Assembly: GCA_965178125.1 (NCBI GenBank) | Contig: OZ237773.1 | Span: 372,001-436,000 of the forward strand | Direction: 5' to 3' | Source: Bilabrum cf. latius | Lineage: Eukaryota | Length of the DNA stretch: 64,000 nucleotides | Shown here: positions 25,921-37,826 of the stretch, piece by piece | Layout of the letters: each line of letters starts with the position of its first letter | How positions within the stretch are numbered: position 1 is the stretch's first letter | Notes under the pieces: model-generated | Databases searched by the model: none | Told to the model about the DNA's origin: nothing | The model's input: the letters and a program-made list of their open reading frames with translations, nothing else | Position numbers and translations under genes: made by a program

Positions 25921-27110
25921 GCGCTCAGCCCGCAGTCCACGCGCAGCACCTGCCCTGTCACAGCGCCCATCCCCGGAAACGCCAGACTCGCGACCATCTG
26001 CCCCGCCTCCGCCTGCGTGAGCGCTTGCTGGGGCCGCATGGAGGACTGCTGCGCCCGCTCCCTCAGCTCCGTGAAACCGGGGATCCCACGGGCTGCCAGC
26101 GTGTTGACGGGGCCAGGGGACACGCAGTTGCTGGTGATGCCCAGCGGGCCCAGCTCATGGGCCAATGCCCTGGAGGCGGCCTCGAGGGCGGCCTTGCTGG
26201 GTCCCATGACCCCATAGGGGGGACACACCCTGGAGGACCCCTCGAATGTCAGAGCCACCACGCTGGCGTGGGAGGGGAGCAGCCGGGACTCGGCGGCGGA
26301 TCCGGGGGTCGGAAGGGGGCCCTCGCTGGTGTGACGAGTGCTCACTGCCTCGTCGCTCGCGCCTTGCGGGCCCCGGTGGAACCTTTCCCACTCCGGATCC
26401 GGCATTTCGGGCCGCTCCGGTGCCACGCCCGCGGCGAGCATGGGAGCGAGGGCCCTGGTGGTTGCAACCAGCGAGTAGGCGGACAGGCTGGAAGCACTTG
26501 CCCAGTCGGTTTCGGACAGAGCGAGCATGGGCGAGCACCTTGACAGCCGCTGGGCCTCGCGCCAGCGCTCCTGCCCGTACTCGCCCAATTCTGGTGGTGG
26601 GGGCATGCATTCATGGCTACTATCCCCGGCGAGGTCTTCGTCCGGCTAGTCTTCACCGGGCCGCATAGCGGCTCGTGTGGCAAATGCAATGCTGTGGCAA
26701 AAGGCGTGCAGCTTGCCACCAAATTGGCCAGTGGCGAGGTGGTCTGCCAATTTCTAGACATCAGACTCCTATGAAGCGTCGAATAAAATGTGTGACAGAG
26801 GTGCAACGCCATCGTCAGAGTCCCTTGGGCTCCATATCCTCTGCCATGATGACTGATCCGATGCTACACATTTCTGCAACCTGTCCAGGAACCGCTCGCT
26901 CTGCATGCCAACGCAAACTCGAGCCCCAGCTGCTCTCCAAGATCTCGCTACGTGCCATGCTATGGACCGTTCGGATGAAAAACCAAGCACCAAGCAGTTT
27001 CGGCCCATGAGCAAGTTCGACATTGGAGGTGTATGGTGGTACAGACGCATACCACGCTGGGGCCTGTGCCAGATCCGGCACATGTGCACAACTTGATGTG
27101 TTCTATGCAT
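25899..27110 (-). CDS. fabI: FabI-type enoyl-ACP reductase (SDR family), possible mitochondrial presequence
   Basis: Motifs LVLGFSSERSIAW, HSIAFA, SAYSL, YGVMGPSKAALE (Y-x6-K), LGPLGITSNCVSPGPVNTLAARGIPGF, VTGQVLRVDCG. One frame reads through TAG 26769, 26754 and 26646 to TGA 25899. Alternative start at 27023. Confidence 0.85.
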
Positions 27111-27247
27111 AATTTTCGAAATTGGTCTTCAGTAATGAGTGCAATACGGATAGCAGTGGAGTATGCCGTGATGCTCCGAATCTATCATGATGGCAACTCA
27201 ATTTGCGGCGACATTCATACCACCATTTCGAAGATTCCCACGCTATC

Positions 27248-30200
27248 ATGCGTGGAGTTATAGCAATGCTGGCACTTGCCGCAACATCGGCTTTGGGGTA
27301 CCTGAGTCGTCCGAACATCCTCTTCATGTAAGTCTTCGACTCGAGCGGTTCGTGTCGTACGGCCCAATTGGCAAAAATCAGGACCGTGTGCCCAGCCGTT
27401 CGCGAATTGTGTCGCAGGATGGCGGATCAAATGCGGTATGAAGCATTTGGGGCGGCAGGAAACACTGGTATTCACACTCCCAACCTAGATCGATTGGCGA
27501 AGCAAGGCGCAGTATTCGCGTCGCAATACTCGAGCACTCCTAGTGAGACAGGCTTCCGAACCGCGCGATACTATTCATTCGTGGTATTTTTATGTATCTT
27601 AGAGCTCGTGTATTGGCACGCTTGCATGCACCGCTCCCGCAGCTTGCACTCCTGCAAGGTCCAACCTCCTGACCGGCAGGAATCCTTGGGACGCTGGCAT
27701 GATCGGCTACGGCTCGATCGCACCTCGCTATGCGTACGAAATGCCACGCGCCGTCCGGGATTCTGGCTATGGCCGCGTGAGCAGCATCGCCATGAGAAAC
27801 CGCACGGCACGCTCAACCGCAGCACTCCCGCTCGCCCCAGCATGAAATGAAATGGATGCTCCTATTCGCAGGTAGCCAGCCTCGGGAAGAATCACATGAA
27901 CTGGAGGTAAGAAAACATACGGCTTTTTGGATTCGGAAGTCGGGGCATGCGGCTCCCCAGCCCCTCCCTCCGTGCTGACTCCTGCTCCCTTTCCCCCTTC
28001 ACCCACCGCCCACTGCAGTGAGCCAACAAGCAAGGAGCAAGAAGCAGGAATCGCACATGTACGATCATCCATGAACAACCGGCCTTGTGGCGATTCCCGA
28101 CTCATGCGATGATTGACCCCTTCTATTTCTCCTGAAAACCTCCTTCACCACCTCCTGCTGCTTGCTTCCCTCCATAATCCAAAACCCCAACCCTCTCCCA
28201 TCCCCCCCAACCCCCTCTCGCAGACGCCTCCTCCAACGAGGGCATCGGTCACGGATGGGAAACTAAGGGCAACCTATACGACGGGCTTGGCAACGGACTG
28301 CCTCCGAGTGACAAGGGTCAGGGGGAGTATGACGACTACGACCAGTGGTTCCAGACTTAGATGCCGGGCAAGGACCCCATGGCCACTGGGCTCGACTGGA
28401 ACACCTGGCACGGGAAGGCATACGTCTACCCGGAGTACTACCACCCGACCGCCTGGCTGGGCCGGCAAGGTGTGCAGCACCTGGAGGCCTACGCCAGGGA
28501 ACAAGCGATGGCTCACGAGGCGGGGCAGGAAGCGAGCCCTTTCTTCCTCAAGTGGTCCGCACACAGGCCGCACTCCCCCTACGACCCCCCCGCAAGGCTG
28601 CTCAACGCCTCCTACCAGCGGGACACGCTGCACCCGATCCGGCTGTGTGCCCCAGACGGGAAGACCACGGACCCCACGTGCTGGGACCCCCAGTTCTACG
28701 GAGGGGAGGGACACCCCGAGGGGTGCGGACCCACCACGGACGCGTGGTGCGGGCACATGCCCGAAGCTGAAGTGGACGTCTCGAGGCATGCGTACTACGC
28801 TTCGGTCGAGTTCGTGGACGAGCAGGTGGGAAGCATCCTGGACACCCTCGAGAGCACCGGCCTCATCAACAACACCTTCATCTTCTGGACCTCGGACCAC
28901 GGGGACGGACAGGGAACACACAACCACTGGAGGAAGGGGTACCCCTACGAGTTCTCCGCCCACGTTCCCCTCATCGTGCGCTGGCCAGATGACGAGTCGC
29001 TCGTCGCGGGCGAAGGTGCCGCCGCGCGGGCCGCCGAGGCCGCCCAGAGGGCCCTGCGGAACCTCGAGTCCCACCGCGCGCGCGGCGCCGCGGACCCCTC
29101 CAAGATCACCCACCCCCTAAGTTCCGCAGAACTGGGCGCCGCGCGCTCTGCCGCCTCGTTGGAGCGCGAGGCCGCCTCCCTGCCCCAGGACGTGCCTCCG
29201 GGCGACGCCCTCGCCGAGAACCTGCCTCGGGCAGCGGACCCCGAGGGTGCCGACACTCGCGCATTCACCGTGAAAAGGGGCAGCACCATCACGGGCGTGG
29301 TCACGGAGCTGAGGGACGTCTTCGGGACGGTGCAGGAGCTCGCGGGCATCCAGGCGCCCCAGGGCGTCAAGCCGATCGACGGGAAGCCGCTGACCTGCCT
29401 CCTGAGAGACCCCACCGGCAAATCCTGCCAGTGGAGGGAGTACATTGACCTGGAGCACGCCATGTGAGACGGTGTGACGAGTGGAAGGGGTGTGACGAAT
29501 GAATAGCGCGCTCCCAGTCACCAACGGTTTTTTCCATCTTTCCCCTCGTCTTGTTTGTCCTATTTCGCTCTTGTACTCTTCGCAGCTGCTACAACGAGAC
29601 GAACCATTGGAACGCGCTCACCGATGGCAGGATCAAGTACGTGTTCCGGGCCTTCTTCGCGGATGAGCAGCTGTTCAACCTGACGAGCGACCCCTGGGAG
29701 ATGCGGAACCTGGCACCCCTCGCGGACCAAGACCCGGGCATCAAGGCGGCCCTGGCCCTGTGGCGGGGCCGCATGGTCAAGCAGTTCCAGGAGCAGGGCA
29801 GGGGGCCCGACTGGGTCAAAGACGGGGTGCTGCAGCGCCGCACCCAGCAGCAGACCTACAGCCCCAACTACCCGCACCCGCCGGCACCCGCCTCTGGAGA
29901 CGGGGTGTTCGCCTTCCCCTGCAACAGGAACGGCGACGACGGGTACGTGCAGCCTGGCAACCAGGTCATGAACGCGACAGCGGTTGCAACCACTTAGGCG
30001 GGGGATCCGATCATCAAGTTGACCCTCAGCTCCGATCCAACCCTGTGCCTCACCGTATCGGAGGGGCAGCCGCTCCCCGGCGACACCACCGAGCTGCGGT
30101 TCGACACCTGCGGCGGAGCCAGCGGCGCCGCGCAATCTGGGAGCAGCGACCCCTTGCCCACGCAGCGCTTCGTGCACGCCTCCAACGGGGGGCAGACGGG

Positions 30201-30480
30201 ACCCCTGCAGACGGCCGTCAGCGGAACCACCGGCGCGGCGCCGCAGTGCGTGCAGCCGCTGCAGGCCATCTCGGGCGAAGACGTGCGTGTGGTGGCGGGC
30301 GCCTGCGGTGCAGCTGGGAGCGACGCGGCCGCGTGGCAGGAGTGGGTGTTCGGCCAGAGCGGGTATTTCTTTTTGAAGAAGGACGGGGACTGCATGAGCT
30401 CGATCCACCCCACGTGGGGGGCGCTGGGGCACGGGGCGGGGAGGCCCTGGCAGGAGGGGGACCCACTGCCTGCCCCCTGA
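27248..30480 (+). CDS. Secreted formylglycine-type sulfatase with C-terminal ricin-B-like lectin domain (multi-exon)
   Basis: Signal peptide, then RPNILFMMADQMR, TPNLDRLA, CTPARSNLLTG, GKNH, RPHSPY, TSDHG. Introns 27328-27417, 27543-27642, 27777-27871, ~27907-28223 (phase unresolved) and 29464-29585. TAGs at 28358 and 29995. C-terminal LCL/QRF/QCV/QEW pattern; stop is TGA. Confidence 0.88.
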
Positions 30481-30755
30481 AACCAACGTCCACCTGCCAG
30501 TGGCATGGATGGACACAAGCAGCTGGTAGTACCGGTACTAGGGATGGGGGGATAGAGAGGCATGGGGTGGTTGCTTCGGTTGCATGGACTGCGTCGATGT
30601 TTTAAATGCGCGTTGCTTTGATATATGAGCTTGAGAGAGTTGGTGTGGCACGTTGCAAGCTGGTCTGGTGGAGACCATCGGCGCCGCGCACGCGGAGTAT
30701 CTCTGGTTCCGCAACAAGTGTTTGCTCGACCACAAGCTACCAATTACAGAAGTAG

Positions 30756-32519
30756 ATGATGAATGTGTTGTAGTACGCTTTAGAACTCGATCCGTGGATA
30801 CAATACTCTGCTGCTGCTGCTGCCATTCTGACTATCGCGGCCTCGGTAGCGTATTTTCGACTCTGCCACCGTCCCCGGATCAATGGGCCGCCTCGCATGG
30901 AATTCGTAAATAAATTCAAGGAATAGCGCCAAGATGTATTCGTGAATATTATGAAGGACTATGATTGGACAGCAGAGATCGAGGGCTTCGTAATGACCGC
31001 TGACCCTGCACTCTGCCAAGCTCTCATGTGCAAGGAGGAGCACGCCGCAACCAGGAGCAGGGTATACTATTACTCTGCCATGTTCATGCCAGCAAATGCA
31101 GGCGTGCTGACTTCGAATGGCGAGCCCTGGACAAAGCGACGGCAGGCCCTGCACTCCGTTTTCCAAGGCTCGCACATATCCAAGTTTGGTGACGACTGCT
31201 ACAGAGAAGCCTGCCGGCACGCAGATGCGTGGATGGAGGGCCGCACGTCGAGCCTCGGCGTCTTGCAGGACGCCAAACCCACCCAGGTCGTGGCTGCCCC
31301 ATCCAAGACCGTGGACGGCGAGGGCACGGACAAGGTCGCTCTGGTCCCCCGGTGGTCCAGCGGTGGACCGGACCTCCTGGAGGCATGCAGGGGAGTGAGC
31401 ATGGGCGCCCTGCTGCGGTTCGGATACGGGCAGGACCCAGCGAGTGATCGGAGCAAGGAGCTGTCTCGGTCCCTGGCCATGTACGGGAAGGGTGTGGCCA
31501 TGCAGGCGGACGGCGTGTGCGGCGTGCTGGGGCTCTGCTTCCAGATGCATAAAGAAGCAGGCACCATCAGGAGACTCACCGACGAGATGGTGGCGGAGAG
31601 AAAGGCACTGATGGAGAAGGTCGGAGACAGGCGCAGGGGCGGCGCGCTGCCTCTTGACTTCATCTCGCAGCTGATCGGGACCGACCTGACCCCATTTGAG
31701 GTGGCTGCAGAAGTGAACCACATATATGGGGCGCACAAAGCTGCGGCGTTCGTCATGGTGGGGATGTTCTTCCAGTTATCGAGGCCAGGGAACAAGGTGT
31801 GGCTGGAGCGGCTGCGTGACGAGTGGAGGCAGGTGCTCGCTCCCCGGAGGAAAGAGGGGGAGCCGGCCTGGCCCACGCCCGCGCCCAGGCTAGAGGACGT
31901 GTTCCAGGGAAACAAGAAGAAAACGAACCTGCCCGTGCAGACCGCCATCTTCAACGAGTGCGCCCGCATGCACAACGTGACTCTCGTGTGCCCCAGGCTC
32001 AACGGAGAGCCCATTGAGATTCAGGGCAAGACCATGCCCCCGGGCACTGAGATCATGATCATGATGCACGCGGTGCATCACAGGCCTGACATCTGGCCAG
32101 ACCCGCACTCCTTCGATCCAGGCCGCTTCCTTCCAAAGTCCCACCCATTCTACAACCCAGAGAGGGCACCAGCCAGGAACGACGCGTACTTCCCGTTCAT
32201 CGAAGGCAAGCGCAAGTGCGCGGGGCACATCCTGGCCCGGCTGGAGATCCATTCGATCATGCACGCGGCCCTGAGCAGGTGTGACCTGGTGGTGGACAGG
32301 GAGGACCTGCGGCTGGAGCCGCAATTCTACAGCACGTACGATGGGCCGGTGCCCTTCCACTGTGAGCCGCTTGGGCCCGATGGAAGGAGCCTTAGGGCAA
32401 CTGCGAGTGCGGGTGCGGGGGCGATGAGCTCGGGGGCTGTGGGGGAGGGCAAGGAGGTGGAGCACGGCGAGGAGGAGGAGGAGGAGGAGGAGGAGGAGGA
32501 GGAGTCGAAGCGGGACTGA
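30756..32519 (+). CDS. Cytochrome P450 (microsomal type)
   Basis: Reading through TAG 30771 and 30924 restores the N-terminal TM anchor and Pro-rich hinge (AAAAILTIAASVAYF...RPRINGPP). Motifs WTKRR, ECAR (ExxR), FDPGRF and heme-binding FIEGKRKCAG. Confidence 0.92.
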
Positions 32520-32782
32520 GCGCGGGCTGGATCCACGGGTGGCTCTACCGTGTGACGAGTGCGCGAGCGACGCTTTGCCCCTTGCTGGGTGACGCGCCTA
32601 CCTCGTGCGAACTCGCCATGGGGTGCTACCTGGATCCACCCGCGGGAGCCTGTGTCAGTCCATGGAGGCTGAACGGCAGGAGACACTTGTTTGCTACTGT
32701 GTGTCTGCGATCGCGTTGGGGATAATATCATAGCTTTTGAGGCATTCGGCACGAGCCAAAATTGTCGGTTTTCCTCAGTCAT

Positions 32783-34399
32783 TTACACTCCGGGTCGTCC
32801 CACGCCCGCGCCTGCCCCCGGCCCCTATCCACGCACCGCCCCGGCACCCGCCCCCGCCCCCGCGGTGGCGCCCTTGCCCTGGCTCGTGGTCCTGCTCAAT
32901 GCAGCGGCCTGCTGCTGGGATGCCATGCCTGACCTGACGCCACCGCTGAGAACCTCATCCGTCGTCTGAGGCCCCACGGGCGTCTTCGAGTCGTACGTCA
33001 TCCCCGGGCCCTCCACTAATGGCTCCGGGTCCAGAAGCCTGGCCCGCAGGTCGGCGGCCGCCTTGCCGCCGTCCACCTCTCTGAGCGCGCCAGCCACTCT
33101 GCCCAGGGACTCAAGGGCACTGCAGTGGAACGCCATCTGGGAGTGCACCCACTCCTCCAGCAGCACCGCAGTGTCCTGCACCCTCTGGCTCTCGTACACC
33201 TGCAGCTGCTTCCGGAAGAGCGTGTCCGTGTTGGCCGCGAATCCCTGTGCGGCGAGCATGTCTGCCCTTGCCGGGTTTAGCCTGGCCGGGGTGGTGCCGG
33301 CCGTCTTGGCGAGGGTGTTGTGGGAGCCAGTGAGTGCCACCGCTGCCTTGAGCTTCGCCTCCCTGTCAGCAAGGAGAGCCCTAAGGGGCTCCACCGCCAC
33401 GCGGGAGTAGTGGGCCAGGGGGGTCATCACAGTGGACTTGAGCCGGGCCGACTGCGGTGGTGTGACGAGTATGTTGGGGATGTGACGAGTATGTTGGTGG
33501 TAAAGGGAGCAGCACGGGGGAGGGGATGGGGAATAGGGGCGGGCATGTATCACCAGACTGGCGGCATGTGGCACGGCCTGCCACGCTGGGGCGGGGCTGG
33601 GCTGGGCTGGGCTACTGCACTGCGAGCGCGGTGCACTGTACGTCGTCCATCACAACTGAGTCATGCACTAGCTCACCAGCAATTTTCTCCTCGCGTCCTG
33701 AATGTCCACCAGTTCCTTTGCGAATGTGTCCAGCGCTGCCCGGAGCCGCGGGCAGCTCTCATCCCCCGTGGAGCCCCGGAGGTCCCGTGCCAGCTTCTCT
33801 CCTGCACTTGCGGCCTGGGTCTCGCTAGACTCGGCGGCGCGCGCTCCCGCGAGCAGCGTGCTGACGAGTGCGGCGTTCGCTGCGAGGTGGGCCGTGCACT
33901 TGTCCGCGGTTCGCGCGACGTTGCCTGCTCGCTCCTATCCGGCTGGGATCGGTGGGACGACTGCCATGTCTGTTCGGTTCCCATGATTCTGGCGCTGTTG
34001 TTGTTGCTGCTAGCGCATCATTCCTTGTTGCTATTGATGCTGTGGTTGGGAGTGCATTCCTCCGGCCATGCTCCCCCGCTGCGCCTCTACCCGAGCTCCT
34101 CGGCTGTCCATCCCACCTGCACCCGTTGCGCCGAGCGCGGCGGTTCTAAAATCGTGCCTTGTCGCTGCAGCTCCAATCCCTGAGTGCGCAGATACAACTT
34201 CATCTTCGCCTGAGCTTGCGGGGACGGCGGAGCCGGCAGGAACAGCCATGCTGGCCTGTGGTGAGGACACATTCGACTCGGAACTGGTAGCGACTGAGGG
34301 CGCAGCAGCGGCCTACCCCTGCCCCTATCTAGCTGGCTATCTTGATGTGGTCGATGGTTCTCCACTGGGAGCTTCTCTTGGTCGCTCCATGGTTGCCAT
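32783..34399 (-). CDS. BAR-domain protein, FAM92/CIBAR-like; 2 exons
   Basis: ATG 34399, intron 33452-33676, TAGs at 34337, 34325, 34313, 34031, 34010, 33935 and 32825; ends at TAA 32783. Helical segment QLQVYESQRVQD...EWVHSQMAFHCSALE resembles the FAM92 BAR C-terminus. Confidence 0.65.
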
Positions 34400-34556
34400 G
34401 TTGGTCGATTGAATTGTTTTTGTCAAACGGCAACCGCACCTGGCGCCGCGCAATGCTGCTATTTGGTTCCGCTTATCGAGGCTGTCTCGCAGTAAGCTTC
34501 CACTCGCATGCACAGGAGACGTTAGAACGATGAATGAAAAACATGTTACGAAAGCA

Positions 34557-37500
34557 TCATTGTCTTCCACCATTGCGCTCATCCTCAACTAGATCCGTCC
34601 CGCTGGCATGAGCGTGAGCATGGGCAGGCCCACCAGCCCCCACCACTCTAAGCACAACCACCGTCACATCGTCAGGCATGCCCCCACTCCACAGGATGTC
34701 GTGTTCCTTGGCCACCAGCGCAAACGGCGAGTCGGTACGCTTGTCCACGGCCCGCTCCCGCGCCACATCTGCAAGCATCGCGGCCAGCCGAGCCGCCGCA
34801 CCGTCCGACCCGCCCACAGTGCCCTCCCCTATTCCAGCTCCCCCTCCGGAGCTAGACTGATCAGGCGAATGCGACGATATCGATGGCAATGAAGAGGAAG
34901 AGGAAGAGGAAGAGGAAGAGTCGTCCCCGTCCTCACCACTCGTCACACTGCCATCGCCAGACAAGCTCCGCAGCAGGTCAATCGCCCGCCGACTGCCCCT
35001 TCCACCCCCCTCTCCACTCGTCACACCACTACCGTCCTCACTCGTCGCACCCAGCGGCCTGGCCTCCCAGGCCCCGTCCCTCCCCTCCGCCGCCGCCGCC
35101 ATCAGATCCCCTTCCTCTCTGGTCCACCGGTGGACGCACCTGAGTATCTCCTCCTCGTGCACGTTGTCGAACAGCCCGTCCGTCGCCAGCACGACGAGGT
35201 CTCCATGCCGCACGGGGACTCGGATCACGTCTGCGTCCTCGGGTGTCTCAAACCAACGCCGAGGGGGGGAGGGCGAGGGCGAGGGTGCATCGCCCCCTGA
35301 GCTGCCCTTGCCGCCGCCCTTGCCGCCGCCCTTGCTGCCTTGCTGCGTACTCCCCTCACTACCCTAGGCCCCCCCGTGCTCCTCGTCATCCTCCGGGGGG
35401 GCGGGGCAGTGACCCAGCTGGTACGGAAAATTGAAGCCGCGCAGCTGCTAGGGTGAGCGGAACACAACCGACAGAGCGCGTCGGGCTGCAGCCGCCCGGC
35501 GCCGCGCAATCTCCCGGTTCCGCTCGAACTCGGCCCGCTTCGGGTCGTACTGAGCCTGCTGCGACAGCTCAAACCCGGGCAACTCCCCGTCGGAATCCGG
35601 CTCGAGCTGAGCCTCGTCATCCGAAGCAGAGCCCAGTGTGGCACCCCCAGGCCCGGAGCCGTCCGCCCCCAGGCCAAGGGACCCCTGGGGGGCATCGGCG
35701 GTGCCCAGTGACCCCATGTTGGAGACGCGCCGGGGCCTCACCACGATGAACCCGGAGTCGCCCAGGTTAGCGGCGACCAGCTGAGACCGAAGCGGGTCCA
35801 CGGTAAGCACGCATGCTGTGGCAGACCCAACCGTGGCCTGCTCGGCGGCGTACTGCCACGCGTAGCGCAGCACCTCGATGGGACCCGGAATCGATGGCGC
35901 CGCGCGCTGCGGAACCTGTGCCAGCGCGGCGGCCCTCGCCGCCGCCTCCTCCTCCTCCTTTTCCCTGGCTTTCTCCAACTTGCTGGGGCGCCCCCTCTTC
36001 CTCCTCTTCTTCTTCTTCTGCTGCTCAGCGGGCTGGGCGTGCCCAGATGCGGCGCCCCCGGTACCCTCCCCCCCTTGCCCTGCTTGCAGGAGCATGGCAG
36101 GACCCGCCAAAGTGGCCGCTTCCCGCACCGCCCGCTCTGCCCCTCTCATGAGCGCGGTGCTGTAGTCGCTGGGATTCACCCCCATGCGATGCCAGTCCCC
36201 CACGCCGTCGCTCACGCCGAAGAACGACACCGCGGGCCCCTCCAGGGGCGCACTCGTCACACCGCCGGTCCCCGCCGCCGCTGCTGCAGCCGCCATTGGC
36301 ATGCCCGGCCACCTGAGCGACACCGCCAGCACGGCGTCCTCGGATGGTTTCTCTTCCCTCTGGGGTCGCGGGAGCGCGGCCCAGCCCGCCTGCACCCCAA
36401 CTAGCTTGCGAGCGCCGGCAGCAGCAGTGGCGGCCTGCTGCCCCGAATAGGAGCCGCTGCCCGCCAGCACCCGCGCCATGGCCGCCGCGCCTCGCACCCG
36501 CCTACCCAGAGCGCCGATCCCCTCGCCCTCGGCCACAGCCCCACCCACGCCCCCCCCCACTGACGTGTACGGGCCCAGGCCACCCGTCTGAATCGATTCC
36601 GGGTCCCCTTCCTGGGTCTCCGACCCGGCTCCGGATCCAGTCCCTCCCCCCGCCGTCTCCCTCGCAGGCCCGATGTCGCTCTGCGTGTCTGCCACGAAAT
36701 CCACGAGGTCCTTCAGGGTCACCACCCCGTGGAGTACCCCCCCGCCCCCGCTGGCGCCCAGGCCCCCGTGGCTGCCGTGCCCCCCGCCGTGCACCATTCC
36801 CGCGGGGGGTTCCCTCCCCGGGTCTATGACGGGCAAGGACCTCACCTTGAGCCTGGACATGACACGCAGGGCCTCGCGGAGCGGAGTGTCCGGGCGGATG
36901 CTCACGATGCGGGCCGCTGGCGTGGCGAACTGTTTAGCCGGCTGCAGGAGCGCAGTCGCGAGGGCTCGGTTGGTGACGTTTGATCTGGTTGCGGCGAGCG
37001 TGGTGGACTCTTCGTGGCTGGGCGGCAGCGGGGGCAGCGAGGAGGCGATGGCGCGGAGCAGGTCCCTCGCGGTGAGCATCGCGGTCACGTGCTCGCCTTG
37101 GCCTGCCGACTCCGTCTGCTTCGGTTCATTGCTTGAGGCTGAACCGCTTGGTTTGTCCTCTCCTGGATCGTTTGGCGTAGTGACGAGAATCACAGATCCC
37201 AGTCGCTGCTCCGTCAGGTGCCGGACCGCCTCGGCCACCGAGGCATGCTCCCCAATCGTGAAAAGCCCGGCTGTTAGCTGTTTCAGGGCAAGAACATCGG
37301 CTGCAGTACTTGATAGGGCAGCAGCACGCGCCTCTGCGGCCTACACAAGGGCCGCTTCTTCCTCGGCTGATTCGCCCCACTGATCCTCGCGTCCAGCACT
37401 CACTATCGTATCAATTAGCGGGTCCGGGCCGTAGCGCGGCGTCTTCTACGAGGCACCAGGGGCAGGCGCGCCTATTCCTTTCGATGGTAGTGTGGGGCTG

Positions 37501-37673
37501 CCGCCATGCAGCGGCGCGTCACTGCTGATGAGACGGATCCCGAAAAAAGTGAGCGCTGGGCGCTTTCGTAGCTTAGCCCGGGGCTGGGACGCAATGTCTC
37601 CTGCGCTCTAGGCATAATGATAGATAGATTTGCACAAACGAGCGGACTTGCGCACAATTCCGGAGCGTTTCAT
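34557..37673 (-). CDS. CBS-pair plus PTC7-type PP2C phosphatase fusion, Arg-rich mitochondrial-like N-terminus
   Basis: CBS repeats (SVAEAVRHL...GSVILV...MLTARDL; PDTPLREALRVM...RSLPVID...GVVTLKDL). PP2C motifs GVSDGVGDW, GSATAC, ANLGDSGF, FNFPYQL, LATDGLFDN, GGMPDDVTV. TAGs at 37608, 37446, 37341, 35448 and 35364; TGA at 34557. Confidence 0.85.
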
Positions 37674-37826
37674 CGTTCTCGAGCTTGATGTGCAACCACC
37701 CGCAGTTGCAGCGGGACCGGTCACATGAAATGCGCGGCGCAGCGAAAGCGCTCTGTGCCCAACGATGCCAGAATAAACGATAGTGTCCATGATTCCAGCG
37801 CAAAAAATGCCCCAGTATAATCACCA

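Noticed and set aside
319-32785. Ciliate-type code with both UAA and UAG read as Gln
   Set aside because: No in-frame TAA was seen inside genes, and the two TAAs found sit at plausible gene ends before AT-rich sequence. The sample is small, so a genome-wide test is still needed.
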